Shown one piece after another: positions 28,835 through 38,191 of a stretch of DNA of 64,000 bases. The stretch lies in NCBI GenBank assembly GCA_045807245.1, contig JBJMHS010000027.1:1-64000 (forward strand), in the 5' to 3' direction. Made by a program: the position numbers and the translations under genes. Positions within the stretch are counted from its first letter, which is position 1. Every line of letters begins with the position of its first letter. The notes under the pieces were generated by a model. That model was given only the letters and a program-made list of their open reading frames with translations, did no database searches and was not told the DNA's origin. This stretch comes from Actinomycetales bacterium (lineage in GTDB: Bacteria; Actinomycetota; Actinomycetes; Actinomycetales; CAVURS01).

Positions 28835-30122
28835 CGCCGCCCGCCGGCGCCGGCGGGCCGCGTTGACGGTTGGAGGCGTCGTCCTGCTGCTCGGCGCGTC
28901 CGCGTGCACCGGCTCGTCCGGTGCCGACCACGGCAACGGCGGCGGGAGCGCCAAGCCCGAGCAGCTGACCTGGACCGCGGAGCAGGCGATCGAGGGGCTC
29001 CGGCCCGGTGGGGTGGCCACCGACCCGGTGAGCGGCATGACGTACGTCGGGGGGTCGCTGCCCGCGAGCGCGGACAGCTCCTACTCGGGCCCGCTGATCA
29101 AGGGCGGGACGCGCAAGCCGGTGCTGTGGGCCCGCTCCACGGTCGGCAGCTGGCACGAGGTGCCACTCAAGGTGAGGTCGTTCTACGGCGCGCAGGCGAC
29201 GCTCGCGTCGATCAGTGCGAACGGCCGGCTGAACGCGCTGGGAGCCGTCGCCGGCGGTGCCCACGCCAACCCCCGGCCCTCGTTCTTCGTGGGTGACTCG
29301 ACCCGGGTCACCGAGCGCGAGCAGAACTTCTACGTGTACGGCGGCGAGAACGCCGTGGGCATCGTCAGCGTCGCGGCCGGTCCGAGCACGTTGCTCATGG
29401 TGGGGCAGTGGGCCCCCGACGGGCACCGGGCCAGCGGCGCCCTGTGGACCTCGCCGGACGGTGGAACGTACGTCCGGCACGACGAGATACCCGGTCTCGG
29501 GGACAGCGCGGACGGCCAACGGACCACCAGCCCGCAGGCCGCCGCGGCCGTCGGCGACCGGTTCGTCGTCGTGGGCTCGGTGACCGACCTGTCGAAGCCC
29601 GAGCTGTCCATCGTCCCTGCCGTCTGGACCAGCACCGGGACGGCGGTCACCCTGGGCAGCCTGCCGACAGCGGCCGGCCGGCTCGGCGGCCCAACTGCAG
29701 TCGCGTGCGCTGCACCCAGCCCTCCCTCCGGCCGGTGCCTGACCGCCGGACTGGTGACCGAGCGGGGGACCGAGGTGCTGGCGGCCTGGACGGTGACCGT
29801 CGGCGAGACCGCTCGGGGCGCTCCGGTGGACCTGAACGGCTGCTCCGCTCCGCCGCCGGCTCCGGATGCCGGCGAGAGCGTGGCGCGGCCCGCGCGGGTC
29901 CGCGTGTCCGTTGATGCCAACGGCGACGGCTGGGTCGTCGCCTCGACCGGACGGACCGGCGTGGCCTGCCGGGTGACCCGCGGCACGGCCCGGCCGGTCA
30001 CCGTGCCGGCCGGCTGCATCCCGGTCGCTGTGCAGTCGCCGGCCGGGCCCCAAGCGGGGAGTGGGCGGGCCGAGCTCGTGTGCGCGGACGCCCGCGGTGT
30101 CCGGACGTACCGCCAGAGCTAG
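28827..30122 (+). CDS. Putative lipoprotein
   Basis: Arg-rich N-terminus, hydrophobic stretch, lipobox-like GASAC; Asp-box-like WTSPDGG. Confidence 0.7.
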   Translation: MPSAARRRRRAALTVGGVVLLLGASACTGSSGADHGNGGGSAKPEQLTWTAEQAIEGLRPGGVATDPVSGMTYVGGSLPASADSSYSGPLIKGGTRKPVLWARSTVGSWHEVPLKVRSFYGAQATLASISANGRLNALGAVAGGAHANPRPSFFVGDSTRVTEREQNFYVYGGENAVGIVSVAAGPSTLLMVGQWAPDGHRASGALWTSPDGGTYVRHDEIPGLGDSADGQRTTSPQAAAAVGDRFVVVGSVTDLSKPELSIVPAVWTSTGTAVTLGSLPTAAGRLGGPTAVACAAPSPPSGRCLTAGLVTERGTEVLAAWTVTVGETARGAPVDLNGCSAPPPAPDAGESVARPARVRVSVDANGDGWVVASTGRTGVACRVTRGTARPVTVPAGCIPVAVQSPAGPQAGSGRAELVCADARGVRTYRQS

Positions 30123-30163
30123 CCTCGACCCCGGAACCCCACCGAGTCGCGAAGGAGAGCGCC

Positions 30164-30409
30164 GTGGACGACGCCGGACTGCTGGACCAGATCAACGCCC
30201 TCGTCCACGAGGAGCATCGGCTGCGCGAGCAGGCCCAGGCGAGCGGCGACGCCAGCGCCGACGAGCAGGCTCGGCTGGCCGAGCTCGAGGTCCAGCTGGA
30301 CCAGTGCTGGGACCTGCTGCGCCAGCGGAGGGCGCGCCGCGAGTTCGGCGAGGACCCCGAGGGCGCGCATGTCCGGCCGCCCGGCGAGGTCGAGGGCTAC
30401 CGCCAGTAG
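30164..30409 (+). CDS. DUF2630 family protein
   Basis: AAGGAG SD; LEVQLDQCWDLLRQRRA...VEGYRQ. Confidence 0.88.
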   Translation: MDDAGLLDQINALVHEEHRLREQAQASGDASADEQARLAELEVQLDQCWDLLRQRRARREFGEDPEGAHVRPPGEVEGYRQ

Positions 30410-30427
30410 CGAGCGGACGGACTGGCC

Positions 30428-30446
30428 GATACCCAGGAGGGGTATC
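30428..30446. promoter_or_regulatory. CsoR-type operator GATACCC-N5-GGGTATC
   Basis: Perfect 7-bp inverted repeat upstream of csoR-like gene, resembling the TACC...GGTA CsoR sites. Confidence 0.7.
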
Positions 30447-30489
30447 CTGCCGACCAGACGGCGATGAACACGACGATGCGGGAGTGACC

Positions 30490-30771
30490 ATGCCGGGGTA
30501 CGCCGGGAGCAAGGAGGCCTACCTCAAGCGGCTGCGCCGCGTCGAGGGCCAGGTCCGCGGTCTGCAGCGGATGGTCGAGCAGGACACCTACTGCATCGAC
30601 GTGCTCACCCAGGTCGCGGCCGTGACCAAGGCCCTCCAGGCGGTCAGCCTGGGCCTGCTCGAGGACCACGTCGGGCACTGCGTCGTGGACGCCGCGCGCG
30701 AGTCGGACGCCGCCGCGGAGGCCAAGGTGCGTGAGGCGGCGGCCGCGATCGCGCGATTGGTGCGCAGCTAG
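30490..30771 (+). CDS. csoR: CsoR/RicR family copper-sensing repressor
   Basis: RLRRVEGQVRG, YCIDVLTQ, HVGHCV (C-H-C ligands). Confidence 0.9.
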   Translation: MPGYAGSKEAYLKRLRRVEGQVRGLQRMVEQDTYCIDVLTQVAAVTKALQAVSLGLLEDHVGHCVVDAARESDAAAEAKVREAAAAIARLVRS

Positions 30772-30811
30772 CCGCGCGGACCGGCAGCTAGCCAGGGACA
30801 GGCAGCTAGCC
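30764..30811. repeat. Three direct copies of GCAGCTAGCC
   Basis: 30764-30773, 30784-30793, 30802-30811, separated by 10 and 8 nt. Confidence 0.7.
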
Positions 30812-30819
30812 GCTTAGAG

Positions 30820-31452
30820 CTAGACGGTGATCGTGCCGCTCGGCGAGGCGAAGGTCACCGACAACAGGCCCGGCGTACCGTGCGGCGCCACCCAGTCGAC
30901 ATCCACGTCCTCGACCGACGGGCTGGGGCCCAGCCAGTCGACGACCCGCGCGCGGTCCCCGGCGATCTGCAGGCCGACGAGCGACACGTCGGTCGGCCCG
31001 GACCGCGACGGGTGGGGCGCGGTGCCCTCCAGCCAGGTGACGAAGAACGGCAGCTGCGGGTCGGCCATCAGGCCCGTGACGCCCAGCTGGTTCCAGTGCA
31101 GCTCGGTCCCGTCGGGCAACCGGCGGTTCCCCGGAACGCAAGAGCGGCCGAGGCGAACCTCGACCGCTGCCATGTCGTGAACCGCGACCACCCACGCGAG
31201 CCAGCCGCCGCCGGCTGCCGAACGGGCCCTCACGGCCTGCCCGAACGGCACTTTGTCCGCCACCGGATGGTCCAGCACCTCGACCACTTCGACATAGTGC
31301 GCGCCCCGCAGCGGCAGCACGATGTTGCGGGTCCCGAACCGCGGGTGGACGCCGCCGTCGACGCACTCGACACCGATCGCCTCGCTGAGCCTGGCCGCCG
31401 TGGCCGCGAGCCCGTCGGGCTCGGCCGCGTACGAGACGTGGTCCAGACGCAT
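30820..31452 (-). CDS. VOC family (glyoxalase-like) protein
   Basis: MRLDHV, GGVHPRFGTRN, LPFFVTW. Confidence 0.88.
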   Translation of the reverse strand: MRLDHVSYAAEPDGLAATAARLSEAIGVECVDGGVHPRFGTRNIVLPLRGAHYVEVVEVLDHPVADKVPFGQAVRARSAAGGGWLAWVVAVHDMAAVEVRLGRSCVPGNRRLPDGTELHWNQLGVTGLMADPQLPFFVTWLEGTAPHPSRSGPTDVSLVGLQIAGDRARVVDWLGPSPSVEDVDVDWVAPHGTPGLLSVTFASPSGTITV

Positions 31453-31546
31453 GTTTTGCATCGTGGCACAGGCAACGCAACGCGAATCCGGGAGGGGTGA
31501 CCTACTACGCTCGGAGCCGTCTGGTTTGGCTGACCATCGGAGCAGA

Positions 31547-31981
31547 GTGTCCGGCGCAGACGTGCCTCGGCATCAACCGCCCTCCGGTGACGCCATCGGC
31601 CGGTGGCGACTGCGGCACGACGCCAGCAGTGCCGCTCTGGCCCGCCGGCTGGTCACGCAGGCCCTGTCGACCGACCCCCATCCGGCGGACGACCAGATAC
31701 AGCGCCGCGCGCTGCTCGCGACCAGCGAGCTGGTGGCGAACGCGGTGCGGCACGCACGGATGCCGCTGGACTTGGAAGTGCGCCGTACGACGGACGGCTG
31801 GGTCGTCGCCGTGACCGACGGCGACCGCACCGCACCCGCGGCCCGCGATGTGGACCACATGTCCGAGAATGGTCGCGGTCTGCTCATCGTCCGACGCAGC
31901 AGCGACCGGGCCGGCTGGGCACCCGCCGGTGAGGGCAAGACGGTGTGGGTCGAGCTGTACGAGCGCCCCGCGGACGGTTAG
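31547..31981 (+). CDS. RsbW-like HATPase_c protein
   Basis: SELVANAVRH, VTD, GRGL, GKTVW. Confidence 0.85.
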   Translation: MSGADVPRHQPPSGDAIGRWRLRHDASSAALARRLVTQALSTDPHPADDQIQRRALLATSELVANAVRHARMPLDLEVRRTTDGWVVAVTDGDRTAPAARDVDHMSENGRGLLIVRRSSDRAGWAPAGEGKTVWVELYERPADG

Positions 31982-31992
31982 CCGCACCCGGC

Positions 31993-32613
31993 TCAGCGGG
32001 TGATGCCGGCCTCGACCATGTCGAGCAGGTGCTCGTACGTCGCGCCGGGATCCTCGGTGAGCACCATGCCGAACAGCTCCAGCGCCACCGCACCGTGCAC
32101 GGTGGCCCAGATCTGCTGGGCCAGGTCGAACGCGTCGCCGGCCGGGATCGCGCCCGCCTGCATCGCGTAGACCACGTGCGCGACCAGCGCCTCGAAGGCC
32201 GCCCGGGCATGTTCCTCGACCTCGGGATGGCTCTCAGCGATGCCGTGCCCCGACGAGCTCAGGAAGATCACGGTGTAGTGCTGGGGATGGGACAGCGCGA
32301 AGGCGCGGTAGCGCAGTCCGGACTGGCGCAGCCGCCGCAGCGGGTCCGGCTCGTCCGGCACCTCGACCGCCTCGCGCAGCAGGTCGAACGAGCGCATCAC
32401 CAGCGCCGCGATCAGGCCCTCCTTGCTGCCGAACCGGTTGTAGACACCCATCGGTGCGACGCCGGCCTCGGCCGCGACGTCTCGGATCGTCACGCCGGCC
32501 AGGCCCTCCCGCGCCAGCACCGCCTCGGCGGCGTCGAGCAGGTTCTGCTGGACGTCGCGGCTGCGGGTGCGCGGACGGCTGCCCCCCGCCGCACGGGCCG
32601 TGCGCCTGGCCAT
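31993..32613 (-). CDS. TetR family regulator (WHG-type C-terminus)
   Basis: HTH TIRDVAAEAGVAPMGVYNRF; WATVHG. Confidence 0.9.
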   Translation of the reverse strand: MARRTARAAGGSRPRTRSRDVQQNLLDAAEAVLAREGLAGVTIRDVAAEAGVAPMGVYNRFGSKEGLIAALVMRSFDLLREAVEVPDEPDPLRRLRQSGLRYRAFALSHPQHYTVIFLSSSGHGIAESHPEVEEHARAAFEALVAHVVYAMQAGAIPAGDAFDLAQQIWATVHGAVALELFGMVLTEDPGATYEHLLDMVEAGITR

Positions 32614-32643
32614 GGATGACATCTTGACAGGCTCCTCTCGCTG

Positions 32644-32679
32644 TAGCACAGTGTTCCACAAGTATAGAACGCCGTACTA
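32644..32679. promoter_or_regulatory. Two TAGAAC-N3-GTTCTA-like operators between divergent tetR and MFS
   Basis: tagcac-agt-gttcca 32644-32658; tagaac-gcc-gtacta 32665-32679. Confidence 0.55.
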
Positions 32680-32696
32680 CAACAGAGGAGCTCGAG

Positions 32697-34253
32697 ATGG
32701 CAAGCACCCACGAACGCCGGTGGTGGATCCTCGGTGTCCTGTGCCTGTCGGTGTTGCTGGTCAGCGTCGACAACACGATCGTCAACGTCGCCCTCCCGAC
32801 GATGAGCCGGGAGCTGTCGGCCACGACCAGCCAGCTGCAGTGGGTCGTGGACGCGTACACGCTCGTGTTCGCCGGGCTGCTGCTCCTGGGTGGACACCTG
32901 GGGGACCGGTTCGGTCGACGCCGGCTGCTGCAGATCGGGATCGTCGCGTTCGCCGCGACGTCGCTGGTCGCGTCGTTCGCCTCGTCGGCAGACCAGCTGA
33001 TCGCCGGGCGGGCCTTCATGGGGGTCAGCGCGGCGCTGATCTACCCGGCCACCCTGGCGCTGCTCACGACCACCTTCACCGACCGCCGCGAGCGGGCGGC
33101 TGCGATCGGCCTGTGGTCCGGGGTGACCGGGCTCGGCGTCGCCCTCGGGCCGGTCAGCGGTGGCCTGCTGCTCGAGCACTTCTCGTGGGGCTCTGTGCTC
33201 TGGGTCAACGTGCCGGTCGCCCTGCTCGCCCTGGTCGCCGGCCTGCGACTGTTGCCGGAGAGCAAGGATGACTCGCCCGGACGGTTCGACCCGGTCGGTG
33301 GGTTCGGTTCGATCGTCGGCATCGGCCTGCTGGTCTGGACGACGATCGAGGCGCCGTCGAACGGCTGGGCCTCGCGTACCACGCTGCTGGGCTACGCCGG
33401 CGCTGCCGTGGCGCTCGCCGCCTTCGTCGGGTGGGAGCTGCGCCGGCCCGACCCGCTGCTGGACATGCGGCTGTTCCGCAACCCCCGGTTCTCCGCGGCC
33501 AGTGGCGCGATCGCGCTGGCGTTCTTCGGCCTGTTCGGCTTCATCTTCCTGATCACGCAGTACTTCCAGGTCGTCCGCGGGTACTCGACGCTGCGCGCCG
33601 GCGTGGCCACCCTGCCGTTCGCCGTCGTGACCGGAGCCATCTCACCGCTGGCCATCCTCCTGATGCACCGGCTCGGGACGAAGCTGGTCGTGACATTCGG
33701 CCTCCTGACGATGAGCAGCGGTTTCGTCGTCGCCGCGACGACCGGGCTGGAGACGCCGTACTGGGGCCGGGTCGTGGTCTCGATGGTCCTCATGGCGACC
33801 GGCCTGGCCCTCTCGGTCAGCCCGGCGACCGAGGCGATCATGGGTGCGCTGCCGGTCAGCCAGGCCGGGGCCGGCTCGGCCGTCAACGACACCGTCCGCG
33901 AGGTCGGCGGGACCCTCGGGGTGGCCGTCGTGGGGTCGACCCTGAGCACCGTGTACGGCCCGCGGATCGTCGACGGCCTCGGTGCCCTCAACGTGCCGCC
34001 GGCCGCCGTGGCGAAGGCTTCGGACTCGGTCGTCGGTGGGCTGCACGTGGCGATGTCGCTGCCGGGCTCGGCCGCGACGCAGGCCGCGCAGGTCGTGCGC
34101 CAGTCGTTCATGGACGGCCTGGTCGCGGGCTCCCTGGTCTCGGCGGGGGCGTGCTTCGTCGCCGCGATGGCAGCGCTCATCTTCCTGCCCGCGCGGCACG
34201 CCGCACCGGCGACGGACGTCGTCGAGGACGGCGTGGAGCTGGTCCACGCCTGA
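32697..34253 (+). CDS. DHA2 MFS efflux transporter
   Basis: DNTIVNVALP, LGDRFGRR, VNVP, GSAVND. Confidence 0.92.
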   Translation: MASTHERRWWILGVLCLSVLLVSVDNTIVNVALPTMSRELSATTSQLQWVVDAYTLVFAGLLLLGGHLGDRFGRRRLLQIGIVAFAATSLVASFASSADQLIAGRAFMGVSAALIYPATLALLTTTFTDRRERAAAIGLWSGVTGLGVALGPVSGGLLLEHFSWGSVLWVNVPVALLALVAGLRLLPESKDDSPGRFDPVGGFGSIVGIGLLVWTTIEAPSNGWASRTTLLGYAGAAVALAAFVGWELRRPDPLLDMRLFRNPRFSAASGAIALAFFGLFGFIFLITQYFQVVRGYSTLRAGVATLPFAVVTGAISPLAILLMHRLGTKLVVTFGLLTMSSGFVVAATTGLETPYWGRVVVSMVLMATGLALSVSPATEAIMGALPVSQAGAGSAVNDTVREVGGTLGVAVVGSTLSTVYGPRIVDGLGALNVPPAAVAKASDSVVGGLHVAMSLPGSAATQAAQVVRQSFMDGLVAGSLVSAGACFVAAMAALIFLPARHAAPATDVVEDGVELVHA

Positions 34254-34279
34254 CCTCCGGACGATGTCGTCGTCGGGCA

Positions 34280-35743
34280 TCACGCGACGACCTGGAAGGT
34301 CTCCAACGAGGGGTCGGCGGCGTACGCGATGCGCACGCCGCCGGCCGCTGTCAGCCGCAGCGCGTCCACCACCTCGGCCGTGAGCACCTCGCCCGGTACG
34401 ACGACCGGTATCCCCGGTGGGTAGGGGGCGATGAGCTCGGCGCTGACCCGGCCGACCGCCTGGTCGGCGGGCAGGGTCGCCTGGGCGGCGAAGAACGCCT
34501 CGCGCGGCGAGAGCGCAGCCGGTGCCGTCAGCACCCACTGCGCCGCGGTCGCGACCGGCCGCGGGCGGACCGGACCTTGGGCCGCCAGGCCGGTCAGCAG
34601 TGAGGCCCGCAGGCGGCCGATGGTCGCGGAGGTGTCGAGCATGGAGACGATGGGTACGACGGTGTCGCGGTCGGCCATCTCGACCGGGATGCCGTCCGCC
34701 TGCAGGTGCCGCTCGAGCGCGAGACCGTCGTGGCCGGACGGCCCGAGCAGCAGCACGAGCTTGGCGGGGTCGTAGCGGCCGGCCCCGAACCTCTCCGGCT
34801 GCAGCGTCACCACGCCGGCCGCCGCGAGGTCCGCGCGCAGCCCGGCGACCTCCTCGACCAGCCGGCCGAGCAGCTCTTGGCCGGCCGAGCTGGCCAGCAG
34901 GGCGCGGGCCACGTCGATGCTGGCCAGGATCGTCCCCGACGCACTGCTCGACAGGCAGGCGTCGAAGGCCCGGTCCAGGCGGCCGCGGTCCAGCCGGTCG
35001 GTGCGGGCCACGATGACCGACGCCTGCGTCCAGGCGGCGAGCGTCTTGTGCGCACTCATCACCATGAGGTCGGCCCCGAGCGTGATGGCGTGGGCCGGGT
35101 ACGCCGGGTGGACGCCGAGGTGCGCGCCCCAGGCCTGGTCGACGACGACGGGGACGTCCTGGGCGTGGGCCAGCTCGACGATGGCGGGCAGGTCGCTGAC
35201 GGCACCGAGGTATCCGGGCTCGACCAGCAACACCGCACGCGCGTCCGGGTGTTCGTCCAGCGCGCGGGCCACGACGTCGGTGGACAGGCCGGTCGGCACC
35301 CCGAGCTCGGAGTCGATCTGCGCGGGCAGCCAGACCGGCTCCAGGCCGGCCAGCACCAGGCCGGTGACCGTGCTGCGATGGGCGTTGCGAGCGACCAGGA
35401 CGGTGGCGCCCGGCGCAGCGACGGCCAGCGTGGCCACCTGGTTGGCGTGGGTCGAGCCACCGGTCGAGTAACGGCACCAGTCGCCGCCCCAGAACTCGGC
35501 GCCGACGGCCTCGGCCTGCTCGACCACGTGACCGTCCAGCTTCACCGTGTCCAGCCCGCCGTACAGCGGGATGTCGCCGTCGAAGAACCGCCCCAGCTCG
35601 GCGGCCACCTCGTGCGCACGCCGCTTGTGACCGGGGATCGTGAACGACGCCAGGTCAGCGTCGATCGCGCGCCGCCACGCGCCGTACAGCGGTGCGTCAC
35701 TCAACCAGCCGCTGGTGGGCGTCGCCCGTTCGGAGCCCGTCAT
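34280..35743 (-). CDS. Orn/Lys/Arg decarboxylase family PLP enzyme
   Basis: IPGHK, GGST, RNAHRS, DQAWGAH, SAHKTL, PYPPGIP. Confidence 0.88.
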   Translation of the reverse strand: MTGSERATPTSGWLSDAPLYGAWRRAIDADLASFTIPGHKRRAHEVAAELGRFFDGDIPLYGGLDTVKLDGHVVEQAEAVGAEFWGGDWCRYSTGGSTHANQVATLAVAAPGATVLVARNAHRSTVTGLVLAGLEPVWLPAQIDSELGVPTGLSTDVVARALDEHPDARAVLLVEPGYLGAVSDLPAIVELAHAQDVPVVVDQAWGAHLGVHPAYPAHAITLGADLMVMSAHKTLAAWTQASVIVARTDRLDRGRLDRAFDACLSSSASGTILASIDVARALLASSAGQELLGRLVEEVAGLRADLAAAGVVTLQPERFGAGRYDPAKLVLLLGPSGHDGLALERHLQADGIPVEMADRDTVVPIVSMLDTSATIGRLRASLLTGLAAQGPVRPRPVATAAQWVLTAPAALSPREAFFAAQATLPADQAVGRVSAELIAPYPPGIPVVVPGEVLTAEVVDALRLTAAGGVRIAYAADPSLETFQVVA

Positions 35744-35762
35744 GGACCTAGCATCCAGGCTC

Positions 35763-37001
35763 GTGACCTCGCACCAGACCGCGTCCACGCCCGAGGAGAT
35801 CGCCGAGGCGGCGGTCGACCTGGCCGTCGAGCTCGTCCGGCTCGACACCGTGAACCCCGCGCTCGTGCCCGGCGCCTCCGGCGAGTCGGCCGCCATCGAG
35901 CTGCTCCGGCCGCGGCTCGAGGCCGCCGGGTTCGTCTGCGAGGTGGTCACGCCGCCGGGCCGGCCCGACCGGCCGAGCCTGCTCGCCCGACGCCCGCAGC
36001 CGGACCGGGACCGGCGCTGCCTGCTGCTCAACGGCCACCTCGACACGGTCGGCGTCGGTGACATGTCCGACCCGTTCGGCGGACGCATCGACGGCGACCG
36101 GCGCTCCGGTCGGCTGCTCGGTCGTGGCGCCTGCGACATGAAGGGCGGCGTGGCGGGGGTCGTCGTCGCGGCCGAGGCGCTGGGCCGCACCGACCCGACA
36201 GCCGACCTCGTCGTGGCCCTCGTGGCCGACGAGGAGGACGCGAGCATCGGCACCGAGACGGTCATCGGCCGGCTGGCCGGGCTGGGTCGTCGGCCGGACG
36301 CCTGCCTGGTGACCGAGCCGACGTGGCTGGACCTGGCCGCCGCGCACCGCGGGTTCGGTGTCGTCGACGTGGAGTTCCGCGGCCGAGCGGCCCACTCCTC
36401 GCGCCCCGCTGACGGCGTCAACGCGGTCGCCCACATGGCCCGGCTGCTCGCCGCGGTCGAGGACTACGACGGCCACCTCCGCGCGCGCACCGCGCACCCG
36501 CTGCTCGGGCACGGAACGCTGCTCGGGACGGTGGCGCACGGCGGCTCCGCGCCGTTCTCGATCCCGGACTCCGCGACGGCGGTCGTGGAACGCCGCACCC
36601 TGCCCGGTGAGGACGCCGAGGTCGCGGTCGAGGAGGTGCAGCGCATCCTGGACCGGCTGCAGGCGCAGGACCCGACGGTGCACGCGACCTGTCGGCTGCG
36701 GCTCGGCCGGGCGGCGTTCGAGATGGGCTACGCGCCGGCTGCGACCGACCTCGCCGCAGCGCTGTCCGAGGGTCTGGTCAAGGCGGGACGACCAGCACCT
36801 GAGCGGATCGGCGCGCCGTACTGGATGGAGTCGGCGATGTGGCAGGCGGTCGGCGTACCGACGGTCGTGTGCGGCCCCGCGGGTGGCGGCATGCACGCCG
36901 ACGACGAATGGCTGGACCTGGCCCAGCTGCGCCCGTTCGCCGCCGCCCTGGCCGAGGCCGCCTCGGCGTTCATCGGGGTCCCGGCCCGACTCCTGCCATG
37001 A
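35763..37001 (+). CDS. M20 family deacylase (ArgE/DapE-like)
   Basis: NGHLDTV, GRGACDMKGG, DEE, TEPT, GRAAH, H..DE. Confidence 0.9.
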   Translation: MTSHQTASTPEEIAEAAVDLAVELVRLDTVNPALVPGASGESAAIELLRPRLEAAGFVCEVVTPPGRPDRPSLLARRPQPDRDRRCLLLNGHLDTVGVGDMSDPFGGRIDGDRRSGRLLGRGACDMKGGVAGVVVAAEALGRTDPTADLVVALVADEEDASIGTETVIGRLAGLGRRPDACLVTEPTWLDLAAAHRGFGVVDVEFRGRAAHSSRPADGVNAVAHMARLLAAVEDYDGHLRARTAHPLLGHGTLLGTVAHGGSAPFSIPDSATAVVERRTLPGEDAEVAVEEVQRILDRLQAQDPTVHATCRLRLGRAAFEMGYAPAATDLAAALSEGLVKAGRPAPERIGAPYWMESAMWQAVGVPTVVCGPAGGGMHADDEWLDLAQLRPFAAALAEAASAFIGVPARLLP

Positions 37002-37008
37002 TCGGCCG

Positions 37009-37578
37009 ATGAGCGCACGCGTCGATGTCCTGACGGCCGGCTACATCGGTGAGCGAGTGGCCAGCACCTGCGTTCTGGTCCGCGACGGCGATCTCGTGGC
37101 TGTCGTGGACCCCGGCATGGTGAGCGACCGGGTCAAGATCCTGGGTCCGCTGCACGAGCTGGGTGTCGAGCCCGAGCAGGTGACCGACGTGATCTTCAGC
37201 CATCACCATCCGGACCACACGGTCAACGCCGCGCTGTTCCAGCGGGCGCGGATCCACGACTTCTGGGCGACGTACGTCGACGACCTCTGGATCGACCGGC
37301 ACTTCGAGGGTGGCATCGAGCAGCTGTCGCCGTCGGTCCGCCTGACGCTGACGCCGGGCCACACGGCGCAGGACATCAGCACGCTAGCCGAGACGGCCGA
37401 CGGGCTGGCGGTCTGCACGCACCTCTGGTGGCACGAGCAGGGCCCGGCGCAGGACCCGTACGCCGAGGACGCCGCGCTCCTCAGCCGCTCGCGCGAGGCG
37501 GTGCTGGCGCTCGGGCCGGCGCTCGTCGTACCGGGTCATGGCTCGCCCTTCACCCCGTCCGAGGCCACCCCTCGATGA
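37009..37578 (+). CDS. Metallo-beta-lactamase fold hydrolase
   Basis: SHHHPDH, TPGHT, VPGHG. Confidence 0.88.
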   Translation: MSARVDVLTAGYIGERVASTCVLVRDGDLVAVVDPGMVSDRVKILGPLHELGVEPEQVTDVIFSHHHPDHTVNAALFQRARIHDFWATYVDDLWIDRHFEGGIEQLSPSVRLTLTPGHTAQDISTLAETADGLAVCTHLWWHEQGPAQDPYAEDAALLSRSREAVLALGPALVVPGHGSPFTPSEATPR

Positions 37579-37597
37579 CGTGTGCCAGGCTGCGTCC

Positions 37598-38191
37598 ATG
37601 AGTGGCTTCTACCTGACCGGCGACACCGCGGCCGACGACCTGCTCGCCAAGGACCCGAACGCCGTGCTCATCGGAATGGTGCTGGACCAGCAGGTGACGA
37701 TGGAGAAGGCGTTCAGCGGGCCGGCCGTCATCGCCGAGCGCATGGGCGGCACCTTCGACGTCGCGGCGATCGCGGCCGCAGACCCCGATCAGTTCGCGGC
37801 CATGTGCGCCAAACCCCCTGCGGTGCATAGGTTCCCGGGCTCCATGGCGGGTCGCATCCAGGGCGTGTGCCAGGTGCTCGTCCGCGACTGGGACGGCGAC
37901 GTGGGCAACCTCTACGCCAGCGCCAAGACCGGCCAGGAGCTCAAGGCGCAGATCGCCGAGCTGCCGGGCTTCGGCGCGCAGAAGGCCGCGATCTTCGTGG
38001 CCATGCTGGGCAAGCGGTTCGGCGTCACTCCGCGCGGATGGCGCGACGCCGCAGGCGAGTTCGGCCGGGCCGGCAGCTTCGTCAGCGTGGCCGACATCAA
38101 GGACCCCGGCTCGCTGCTCAAGGTGCGCGAGGCCAAGCGCCTGGCCAAGGCCGAGGCGAAGGCCGGCAAGGCGGCGAAGGCCCAGGCGTGA
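37598..38191 (+). CDS. HhH-GPD-type putative base excision repair protein
   Basis: GMVLDQQ..ME.AF.GP, HRFPGSMA, LPGFGAQKA. Confidence 0.88.
   Translation: MSGFYLTGDTAADDLLAKDPNAVLIGMVLDQQVTMEKAFSGPAVIAERMGGTFDVAAIAAADPDQFAAMCAKPPAVHRFPGSMAGRIQGVCQVLVRDWDGDVGNLYASAKTGQELKAQIAELPGFGAQKAAIFVAMLGKRFGVTPRGWRDAAGEFGRAGSFVSVADIKDPGSLLKVREAKRLAKAEAKAGKAAKAQA

Noticed and set aside
34280..36436. 718-aa ORF as a fused decarboxylase
   Set aside because: The extension is antisense to the M20 gene; homology-like motifs begin after ATG 35743.
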